A DNA stretch of 32,000 nucleotides from Candidatus Electronema aureum (lineage in GTDB: Bacteria; Desulfobacterota; Desulfobulbia; Desulfobulbales; Desulfobulbaceae), in assembly GCA_004284765.1 (NCBI GenBank), contig NQJD01000023.1, positions 6,676 through 38,675 on the forward strand. Direction: 5' to 3'. The notes under the pieces were generated by a model. The model was not told where the DNA came from. It did no database searches and saw only the letters and a list, made by a program, of their open reading frames with translations. This document shows, piece by piece, positions 25,838 to 32,000 of this stretch; the first letter of the stretch is position 1; every line of letters starts with the position of its first letter. The position numbers and the translations under genes are program-made.

Positions 25838-25878
25838 GTAGAAAGCCGTTCTTGCATTAGGCAAGAACGGCTTTCTAC
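25838..25878 (-). terminator. 18-bp perfect stem-loop between the beta-barrel and wza-like genes (no U-tract)
   Basis: gtagaaagccgttcttgc (25838-25855), loop attag, gcaagaacggctttctac (25861-25878). It starts 10 nt after the stop at 25889. The flanks are not T-rich on either strand, so it could be a terminator, attenuator or processing element. Confidence 0.5.
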
Positions 25879-25888
25879 AAGACACTAC

Positions 25889-27298
25889 TTAAAATGAGCC
25901 ACGAACACCTACACCAACAGTTGTGGTATCATAATTCAGCCCATCGTAGTTAGAATCTTTCGTATCGTAGCTACAATAAGCGTTCAGGAACAGCCACTTG
26001 TTCAGAGCAAACTGCACTTCTGGCTTCAAGTACCAACGGTCATCGCTTCGCGTATCGCCGCTGAACTGAGCGTAGTCAGAATTTTCATAGACGAAATTAA
26101 TATCACCCCGAATTCTGTCAGTGAACCGGTGATCGAGTGCAACCCTAAGAGCAAATACGCTCTTATTCAAAGCCTGCTCACTATCCGACTGCTCAATACT
26201 GTACTTGGCATTCAGCAACAAGCTGCTCTTGAGGGTTGCCTGCCAGATACCTTGAGATTCAAAGAAAAAGGTGGAGTCGCTGTCATCAAATACAAAATCC
26301 TGCCCCAGATCATCATAATCAACGGTCTGGAAACCAGCTTTAGCCATCAGGGTTGTCTTGACGGTGGTCTGCCAGTTAACGCCTGCACTCAGGAAGTTGT
26401 TATCGTTGTCCGGCATCTTCTTCTTGTCATATTCAGCCATGAGGTACTGATATTGAACAAAAAAGTTTGTTTTGTCGCTGTACTCGTAATGCAACGCAGC
26501 ATCAAAACCATTGTCGGTACGATTCATGAAGTCATTGATGGCATCATCATACTCCAAAGCAAAATTTCTGTAGCCTGCCTTGACAGAAAATCGATCTTCA
26601 GAATACCAAGCAGCCCCTGCGCCGAAAATATTCGAGTCATATACTCGGTCATTCTCTACAGTTGACTCAGCGATATTGAAAATATCTTGGCTGTGGGTGT
26701 ATTTATCCAGTAACTGGAGAGTGATCTGTTCAGCCGGCTTGTATTGAAGCATTGCGTCAAGGTCTCCTTCTGCATGATTCAAATCGGAATCAGCAGAATA
26801 GGCCATGAAATCAATAGTTCCAGCAAGGTATGCTTGAATTTTGTTGAACGAATCAGAATCCGACTGAGAATACTGCATACCACCCACGGCTGTATTGTCC
26901 GCGACAATTTGCACGGGTCGTTTAGACCTTCTCGGCAAAGTAAACCAAACAGAGGGAGATATCTTAGTCAGGAAGTTATCCTGCTGGTCAGCATCCGTGT
27001 TGTAGAGGTTATCTGTCCATTCGCCCTTAGCTGCCAAGGCACCATGAATAAATCCGTTTCGGTAGCCAAACACATAGCCTTCATCCGAATCAGCTGCATC
27101 ATCAGCTACCTGTGTTTCATCATCAGCTACTACAGCAGTGGAAGCGTCTTCTGTTGCCTCGCCACTTTCTTCCACTACTGCTGTCTCAGCTTCGGCTACC
27201 GGAGTGGGAGTAGTGCTTGCCGGAGGCGCATCAGCTGCTTTTGCTTGGGCTGCAAACAGCAGCAACAGTAAACCACCGATCTGATATTTTTTGGTCAT
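25889..27298 (-). CDS. Outer-membrane beta-barrel protein with an acidic low-complexity N-terminal region
   Basis: Signal peptide LLLLFAAQAKA-AD. An Asp/Glu/Ala/Thr-rich segment of ~50 aa follows. The rest alternates amphipathic strands rich in Y/F/D/N/S, and the C-terminus VGVRGSF ends in Phe. Confidence 0.7.
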   Translation of the reverse strand: MTKKYQIGGLLLLLFAAQAKAADAPPASTTPTPVAEAETAVVEESGEATEDASTAVVADDETQVADDAADSDEGYVFGYRNGFIHGALAAKGEWTDNLYNTDADQQDNFLTKISPSVWFTLPRRSKRPVQIVADNTAVGGMQYSQSDSDSFNKIQAYLAGTIDFMAYSADSDLNHAEGDLDAMLQYKPAEQITLQLLDKYTHSQDIFNIAESTVENDRVYDSNIFGAGAAWYSEDRFSVKAGYRNFALEYDDAINDFMNRTDNGFDAALHYEYSDKTNFFVQYQYLMAEYDKKKMPDNDNNFLSAGVNWQTTVKTTLMAKAGFQTVDYDDLGQDFVFDDSDSTFFFESQGIWQATLKSSLLLNAKYSIEQSDSEQALNKSVFALRVALDHRFTDRIRGDINFVYENSDYAQFSGDTRSDDRWYLKPEVQFALNKWLFLNAYCSYDTKDSNYDGLNYDTTTVGVGVRGSF

Positions 27299-27334
27299 GA
27301 GTTCTTTTCTCCTGTTTTTGATTTTTCAGCAGAA

Positions 27335-27850
27335 TTATGGATTACTGGGACTGGGATGGATATTTGGCCTGCGTCTGGGCGTGTCGATCAATGCGGCTGG
27401 CTTTTTTGGTGCAGCAGGAGCCTGAGCCTGTGGCGGAGTGTTTCGAGCTTGTTGAGGAGCTTTTCCTGAAAGATTGCCATTGTTCGGCACTTTTTCCACA
27501 TCCCGATCCTGCAAAGCCATTTTAGAGCCGCATTCAGCGATACTCTCTTGAAGAGCTTTGCTGATTTCTTCAACAGCAATACCGAGCTTGCTTGCTGTTT
27601 CGCGGACTACATCCCGATCCTGTCCGGCGCAGTAAAGTGCTTTCAGAGACATTTTTGTACTAAATTTAGTACGATTTTGCACCACAAAGGTCAAAATATC
27701 CACTGACTTGACTTCATTATCGAGAGCATTCTCAACCGCTGTGTCAAGACCAAATTTGTCAAAATCTTCGGTAAACTTGTCAGTCCATGCTGCCAATGCC
27801 GGTTGAGCCAGCAGCACAAGAAGGAATGCCGCACAAAGTATTTTTTTCAT
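27335..27850 (-). CDS. Secreted hypothetical protein with a Pro/Ala/Gln-rich C-terminal tail
   Basis: ATG 27850 is preceded by AAGGAGA. The signal peptide is MKKILCAAFLLVLLAQPALA-AW. I recognise no family. Confidence 0.6.
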   Translation of the reverse strand: MKKILCAAFLLVLLAQPALAAWTDKFTEDFDKFGLDTAVENALDNEVKSVDILTFVVQNRTKFSTKMSLKALYCAGQDRDVVRETASKLGIAVEEISKALQESIAECGSKMALQDRDVEKVPNNGNLSGKAPQQARNTPPQAQAPAAPKKPAALIDTPRRRPNIHPSPSNP

Positions 27851-28052
27851 TTCCGTATTCTCCTTTTCCGCTACGATATAGGGATTCATGAAGCCTTGTT
27901 AGCTATTATCTATACACCTCGAAAAGCAAAAGTGCAATTTTTTTTACACACCTCGCATTTTTTGTGATCAGCTGGATACCGCTGTCTGTACATGACAATT
28001 TATTGTTTTTGTAAACAATAACTATGAACTGCACAACTGCACGCAATCAAAG

Positions 28053-29045
28053 TTAAAACGACAGCGAAAACATTTCGCCAAAGGTGATCACGCCTCGAAC
28101 CAGCTCCTGATTCTTTGATTTTTCAACTGCCTCGATGAAGCTGTCTAACGTAAAACGGTGGGAAATCATATCAGAGACAATGATGGCCTCTTCTTTGATC
28201 AGCTGGAGGCATTTGCGAAAATCGCCGAGCGTGGCAGCGCAGATACCGGTCAGAGTAATTTCTCGCTCGGTCAGTAAGGCGTTGTCGATACCGGCTTCGG
28301 TTTCTGGCGAAAGACTGAAGAGATTACAGACTCCGCCTTTGGCGGTCAGCCGAAGGCAATCAGCGACAATTTCTGGCATGAGAACGGAGATGATAACCAC
28401 CTCCGCGCCGCGCCCACCGGTGATCTGCATCACCTCATCGTAGAGGTTACTCTGGCTGGAATTGATGAAATAATTGGCACCCATCTGTCCGGCTATAGCT
28501 AACCTAGCCGCGTTCTTATCCACCACAATCACCTTGCATCCTGACCACTTGGCCGTTTTCAGGTGCATCAGACCCACAGAGCCGCCGCCGATGATCAGCA
28601 CATGCTGCCCTTCCTTCATCCGGTCAGCACGGGCGGCGGCAAAAGTGCAGGCTAACGGCTCGGCCATTACCGCATCTTCAAAGGAAATTTCTTCGTCCAG
28701 CCGGACTAAACCGCCTGCGGCAACAATTTCTTTTGGAATGCGGACGTACTCGGCATAGGCACCGTCCACGCTGCGACCCAACAGTCCAGCAGAATACACA
28801 GCCACTGGATCACCGGAAAAGAAACCCCGCACACCCAGTCCAACCTCGCTGATTTCACCTGCCAGCTCTTGGCCGGGAATCAAGGGCAGCTTTCCCGGCA
28901 GTGCTTCTCCGAGCAGAACCCGGACACTTTTTGAGCAAATTCCAGCAGCCTTGGTTCTGACGATGACTTCTCCCGGCCCAACAGCAGGATCAGGATATTC
29001 TTCTACGCGGATATCATTCGCACCGTGGACGACAGCAGCTTTCAT
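28053..29045 (-). CDS. Medium-chain dehydrogenase/reductase (alcohol/sorbitol dehydrogenase-like) with degenerate zinc sites
   Basis: MKAAVVHG...GPGEV start, and the Rossmann motif VLIIGGGSVGL. GICSKS replaces GICGSD.H, GQELAGE replaces GHE..G, and no Cys-rich structural-Zn loop is present. Confidence 0.75.
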   Translation of the reverse strand: MKAAVVHGANDIRVEEYPDPAVGPGEVIVRTKAAGICSKSVRVLLGEALPGKLPLIPGQELAGEISEVGLGVRGFFSGDPVAVYSAGLLGRSVDGAYAEYVRIPKEIVAAGGLVRLDEEISFEDAVMAEPLACTFAAARADRMKEGQHVLIIGGGSVGLMHLKTAKWSGCKVIVVDKNAARLAIAGQMGANYFINSSQSNLYDEVMQITGGRGAEVVIISVLMPEIVADCLRLTAKGGVCNLFSLSPETEAGIDNALLTEREITLTGICAATLGDFRKCLQLIKEEAIIVSDMISHRFTLDSFIEAVEKSKNQELVRGVITFGEMFSLSF

Positions 29046-29183
29046 AATCTTGTACGCGCTCAAAGTTGAAGAGTTCAAGACAGCCTTTCTGGGCTGATGA
29101 AACAGCAGAAACCGGATGAAGATTAACGGAAAGCCGCAGGAAATTCAAGCGAATATTGCCCAACACTACCCTGCGGCTATAGG

Positions 29184-29224
29184 CAAAAACAAAAAAGCGT
29201 TTCAGGATCAATACCTGAAACGCT
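29184..29224 (-). terminator. Rho-independent terminator after tRNA-His
   Basis: Minus strand reads agcgtttcagg-tattgat-cctgaaacgct followed by tttttgttttt. The hairpin is 29196-29224 and the U-tract is 29184-29195. Confidence 0.85.
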
Positions 29225-29239
29225 CGAAACATCATGCTG

Positions 29240-29317
29240 TGGGGTGAGCGATGGGACTTGAACCCACGACCGCCGAGGCCACAACCCGGTGCTACCACCA
29301 GCTGAGCTACGCTCACC
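29240..29317 (-). tRNA. tRNA-His (anticodon GTG) with encoded G-1 and CCA
   Basis: Manual cloverleaf. Acceptor GTGAGCG/CGCTCAC, with the extra 5' G opposite C73. Anticodon stem CCGGG/CTCGG with loop TTGTGGC. T-arm GTGGG-TTCAAGT-CCCAT. CCA 3' end. Confidence 0.9.
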
Positions 29318-29329
29318 ACAATGAGAGGC

Positions 29330-29358
29330 TTTATACCCTACAACCGCGTTTTTGGCAA
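29330..29358 (-). promoter_or_regulatory. Sigma70-type promoter for tRNA-His
   Basis: Minus strand has TTGCCA (29358-29353), a 17-nt spacer, then TATAAA (29335-29330). The tRNA 5' end is 12 nt downstream of the -10 element. Confidence 0.6.
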
Positions 29359-29368
29359 GGGGAAAAAA

Positions 29369-30028
29369 TCAGCTTTCCGCCAGCTCTTTGCCGCAATGCT
29401 TGCAGAGTTGGGCGCGGGCCTTGATCAGCTCGGCGCAATAGGGGCATTCTCGCAAAAAATGGCTGGCTAAAATTCGGCGGATGGACATGTTGACCGCATG
29501 TTCCAAGCTCGGATCGGTAAACTTGTGATTGCGCAGCGGCTCAATGCAAGCGATGTCGTCTAGTTCAGCCAGTAGCTCGGCGGCTTGGCGGCGAATATCG
29601 ATGGCTGCCGCGTTGTCCGTTAGCAGATGAATGACGGGCCTGAGGTCTTTGGCGGCCACGCAGTCGCAGAGTTGGGCTATGGCTTCCTTTTCGGCTTGAT
29701 AACGAGCATTCTGCTGCTGCAAGGCTTCAACGTCAACCATACTGCCGGTAAAGGCATATTTACTGGCTACCATCATGCTGTAGCTTTCTTGACTGTTGGG
29801 CAGCTCCATGTAGCGGTAAGAGCCGGTATGTCCGTACTGATTTTCAATGAAATCCCAGCCGTTGACAAAGAGCGGACACTCGTCATTCAGACAGATGAAA
29901 AGAAACTCTGATCCCCAGCCTAAACCGTCGCCAACGTGCATGGGCGGCGCGTGGCAGAGGCTTAAATCTGTCCGACAATGCGGGCAGATGTGTTTTTGAT
30001 TGAGAAAGACAAGTGCTTGCTCCAGCAT
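29369..30028 (-). CDS. Hypothetical protein with N- and C-terminal zinc-ribbon motifs and a central HEAT-like segment
   Basis: N-terminal CPHC...CLNDEC. C-terminal CPYC...CKHCG. The middle segment (RRQAAELLAELDDIACIEPL...D.SLEHAV) resembles HEAT/PBS-lyase repeats. Confidence 0.65.
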   Translation of the reverse strand: MLEQALVFLNQKHICPHCRTDLSLCHAPPMHVGDGLGWGSEFLFICLNDECPLFVNGWDFIENQYGHTGSYRYMELPNSQESYSMMVASKYAFTGSMVDVEALQQQNARYQAEKEAIAQLCDCVAAKDLRPVIHLLTDNAAAIDIRRQAAELLAELDDIACIEPLRNHKFTDPSLEHAVNMSIRRILASHFLRECPYCAELIKARAQLCKHCGKELAES

Positions 30029-30120
30029 GATACGGTGACTCCTTACAAAAAAGGAAAAAATTAATTCTGCGGGATATGGATTGAGGGCTATGCTGGATTC
30101 TTCATCCGGTCATTGAACGA

Positions 30121-31320
30121 TCAAACCGCTTCTGCCTTCTTCAAGGCTGTGAGAATGACATCCCGGCGGCTCTCATCCAACTTGACCGGAATCTGATAGA
30201 CCAAGGTGCGGTTCATCAGCTCGCAGGAGGCGGGCAGGGCCGCCGGATCGTAAATCACCCGGCGTTTGCCGTGCGCGTTGAACGGCCAGCCGTTTTCGGC
30301 CAAGGTCTTGCCGCCGAGCAGATGCTCCCACGAGGGATAGAAATGCCAAGTGTTTTCGCCGAAATTGATTGCCCCGGCGTTGTTCTCGCGCAGGACTTGG
30401 TTGACCTTGGCGGCCTGCGCTTTGTCCGGCAGCATGAAGGCCAGAAAGGTGGCGGAATCGCCCTGCTCGTCGAGAATTTCGCGGAAGCTCACTCCGGCCA
30501 GCTTTGACGCGGCCTCTTTCAGGATCGCCTTGTTCTTGCGCTGCTCGGCGACGATCATGTCTAACTTCGCCAATTGCGCCAAACCAATCGCCCCCTGAAT
30601 TTCCATCATCCGGTAATTGAAGCCGATGAACCGCCGCCCTTCGCCGCCGCGTCCGCCCGGATTGACGACATGATCATGGCCGTGATCGTGGTACTCTGAG
30701 CAGCACCGCCACAATTCCTCGTCGTTGGTGATGACCATGCCGCCTTCGCCGGTGGTCATGGTCTTGACCGCATCAAACGAAAAAGTGCCGCAATGGCCGA
30801 AGGTGCCGAGATGCTGGCCGTGCAGCCGTCCGCCAGCAGCCTGCGCCGTGTCCTCAAGCACCGGAATGCCGTGCTTGTCGGCAATCGCCTTGATTTCCTT
30901 GATCCGCGCCTGCGCGCCGAGCATGTGTACCGGGATGATCGCCTTGGTTTTCGGCGTGATCTTCTTTTCCAAATCCGCCGGGTTCATGTTCAGCGTCTGA
31001 TCCACCTCGGTGAAGACCGGCACCGCACCGACATCAAGAATCGCCTCCCAGGTGGCGACAAAGGTGAAGCCCTGCGTGATGACCTCGTCGCCGATGCCCA
31101 CGCCCAGCGCGGACAAGGCCACCTTGAGCGCGGCGGTGCCGGAAGTCACGGCCTGCGCATGAGCCGCGCCGGTGTATTGGGCAAACGCCTGCTCAAATTC
31201 CCGCACCTTGTACACGCCCTTGCGCTGCGGCCCGAATTCATAACGGAACAGCACGCCGGTGTCGAACACCTCCAGAGCCTGCCGCTTCTCCTCTTCGCCA
31301 AAGACCTCAAAACCAGGCAT
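30121..31320 (-). CDS. DegT/DnrJ/EryC1/StrS-family PLP-dependent aminotransferase
   Basis: ATG 31320 (MPGFEVFGEEEK) with AGAGGAA upstream. The track start 31422 would overlap the TIR gene. Motifs are TSGTAAL and FSFDAVKTMTTGEGG (PLP-Lys). GC-rich: 40/60 on line 30601-30660. Confidence 0.8.
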   Translation of the reverse strand: MPGFEVFGEEEKRQALEVFDTGVLFRYEFGPQRKGVYKVREFEQAFAQYTGAAHAQAVTSGTAALKVALSALGVGIGDEVITQGFTFVATWEAILDVGAVPVFTEVDQTLNMNPADLEKKITPKTKAIIPVHMLGAQARIKEIKAIADKHGIPVLEDTAQAAGGRLHGQHLGTFGHCGTFSFDAVKTMTTGEGGMVITNDEELWRCCSEYHDHGHDHVVNPGGRGGEGRRFIGFNYRMMEIQGAIGLAQLAKLDMIVAEQRKNKAILKEAASKLAGVSFREILDEQGDSATFLAFMLPDKAQAAKVNQVLRENNAGAINFGENTWHFYPSWEHLLGGKTLAENGWPFNAHGKRRVIYDPAALPASCELMNRTLVYQIPVKLDESRRDVILTALKKAEAV

Positions 31321-31345
31321 GATGGTTCCTCTTTTTGTTTGTCGT

Positions 31346-31801
31346 TTATTTAATTTTACGGGCTGACAATGCTCTGAATAGAGGTGCCAACCTTTCTGGT
31401 GTGATCCCTTCACGTAAATCAACAGGTTGCAACCTCTTTAAATTAGATGGTAAATTTTTAGAGTCTGAATCAGGAAGAAGTATAGGTATCAATGGAACAG
31501 GACCATCACTCCTTAATGGCACATACTTATCAATTATTTCTGGAGGATTATCCAGATAATAACATTGATCTCCAATAAACTCCTGTTCGCGCCAGTCTAA
31601 TGGATACCCATCAGAAACTCTTGCATCGTGATATCCAGAGCATAAAGCAAAATGTCTCGAATTACGAAGTGCCGATTCAATAGCAAGGTCAATATTCTCT
31701 CCTGGAAGTATACGAAACTTACAGAATGGCTCAAAGCCCTGCTCAATAAGAGCATCGACAATCTTTGAAACGTGCTCCCCGTCCTCGGTGTGGTAGCTCA
31801 A
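31346..31801 (-). CDS. TIR-domain protein; the reading frame is open upstream to the IS boundary (31873) with no canonical start
   Basis: TIR-like layout: (YDIY)LSYHTEDGEHVSKIVDALIEQGF, RILPGENI, NSRHFALCSG, DWREQE, PLIPILL...LP..L..LQPVDL. The YDIY of the first strand lies upstream of the only ATG/GTG/TTG candidate (TTG 31801). Confidence 0.6.
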   Translation of the reverse strand: MSYHTEDGEHVSKIVDALIEQGFEPFCKFRILPGENIDLAIESALRNSRHFALCSGYHDARVSDGYPLDWREQEFIGDQCYYLDNPPEIIDKYVPLRSDGPVPLIPILLPDSDSKNLPSNLKRLQPVDLREGITPERLAPLFRALSARKIK

Positions 31802-31873
31802 ATAAATATCATACTTCTTCGCCGGTTCTCCAATTTTTCTCTTTGGTTCGGAGCGCTGCGTTTCAAGAAAGTG

Positions 31874-32000
31874 GGTAATAGAGATCTGTGAGTGATCAAT
31901 GAAATAAAATACAATCGTTGTAGTGATTAATAAATCTCCAAACAGATGCAGTTAAGTTTTCAATGCTTCTCGAAAACGACAATGTCTTCCTGACTAATGC
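31874..32000 (-). mobile_element. End of an IS1-family insertion sequence (transposase C-terminus plus terminal inverted repeat), truncated by the window edge
   Basis: Minus-strand frame 32000-31896 reads ALVRKTLSFSRSIENLTASVWRFINHYNDCILFH*. This resembles the E. coli IS1 InsB C-terminus ...[27 protein letters not shown]. The sequence GGTAATAGAGATCTGTGAGTGAT, read inward from 31874, shares GGTAAT and the TGAT at positions 20-23 with the IS1 IRR GGTAATGACTCCAACTTATTGAT (from memory). Confidence 0.5.

Noticed and set aside
25814-25885. N-terminal extension of the wza-like ORF (MSCRKPFLPNARTAFYTPIIKFNV).
   Set aside because: It is encoded by the 18-bp perfect hairpin. An internal ATG followed by a hydrophobic signal-like segment is the more plausible start.
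27498-27622. Exact 14-nt direct repeat acatcccgatcctg, present twice 111 nt apart and in frame. It gives two QDRDV motifs in the secreted 171-aa protein.
   Set aside because: It is probably a remnant of a small internal duplication. The surrounding similarity is weak and I see no functional implication.
27914-28019. 8-nt direct repeat acacctcg (27914-27921 and 27948-27955) and the AT-only palindrome attgttt-ttgt-aaacaat (28002-28019), both upstream of the EPS cluster.
   Set aside because: These are short, AT-rich and plausibly chance occurrences in a ~160-nt AT-rich spacer. I could not fit a sigma54 or other promoter consensus.
29014-29319. 101-aa minus-strand ORF (MVSVAQLVVAPG...).
   Set aside because: Its first ~26 codons are simply the tRNA-His sequence read as protein. 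The rest covers the tRNA terminator and the promoter region of the MDR gene.
31321-31422. N-terminal extension of the aminotransferase ORF overlapping the 3' end of the TIR gene.
   Set aside because: The conserved DegT N-terminus begins at MPGFEVFGEEE (ATG 31320), which has a good SD. The extension is AT-rich, unlike the rest of the gene.
1-32000. Search for CRISPR arrays, rRNA, integrases, toxin-antitoxin pairs or phage structural genes.
   Set aside because: I saw no spacer-repeat periodicity apart from the 21-nt coding repeat. I found no rRNA-like sequence and no integrase/recombinase ORF. The only mobile-DNA signal is the IS1-like end at the right edge.

Overview
This window reads as a compact bacterial chromosomal segment. 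It holds about 30 protein genes and one tRNA, with no rRNA and no CRISPR array. The gene content looks like an anaerobic, Desulfobacterota-type organism, but that is inference only.

**1-9958, envelope and housekeeping:**
- a partial DUF3786-like Fe-S protein
- Skp and Pal
- an alpha-glucan phosphorylase
- a small ORF translationally coupled to a Cys-rich radical SAM enzyme
- a tandem-AMIN protein
- a TPR lipoprotein / lipoprotein pair

**10091-13158:** a Tat-signal PotD-like binding protein followed by an orphan 4HB-HAMP histidine kinase.

**13207-18736 (minus strand), the most interesting part:** a tightly coupled six-gene operon. In transcription order it encodes:
- a PBP-vWA lipoprotein
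- a 92-aa ORF built from eleven 21-nt/heptad repeats
- an AT-rich membrane protein with a CCCC run
- XpaC-like
- a second PBP-like paralog
- TelA

The TelA/XpaC core is a known but uncharacterised pairing. I do not recognise the embedded repeat ORF or the AT-rich membrane gene.

**19143-20231:** cutA and a 4Fe-4S protein.

**20234-27850 (minus strand), exopolysaccharide assembly and export:**
- a secreted protein
- an outer-membrane beta-barrel
- Wza-like
- Wzc-like tyrosine kinase
- a Wzy_C/O-antigen-ligase-like protein fused to TPR repeats

**28053-32000, a compositional mosaic around tRNA-His:**
- an MDR oxidoreductase with degenerate Zn sites
- tRNA-His with its own promoter and terminator
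- a double zinc-ribbon protein
- a GC-rich DegT-type aminotransferase
- an AT-rich TIR-domain gene that lacks a canonical start codon and abuts the terminal inverted repeat of an IS1-family element truncated by the window edge

All family assignments come from motif recognition by eye. No database search was run.
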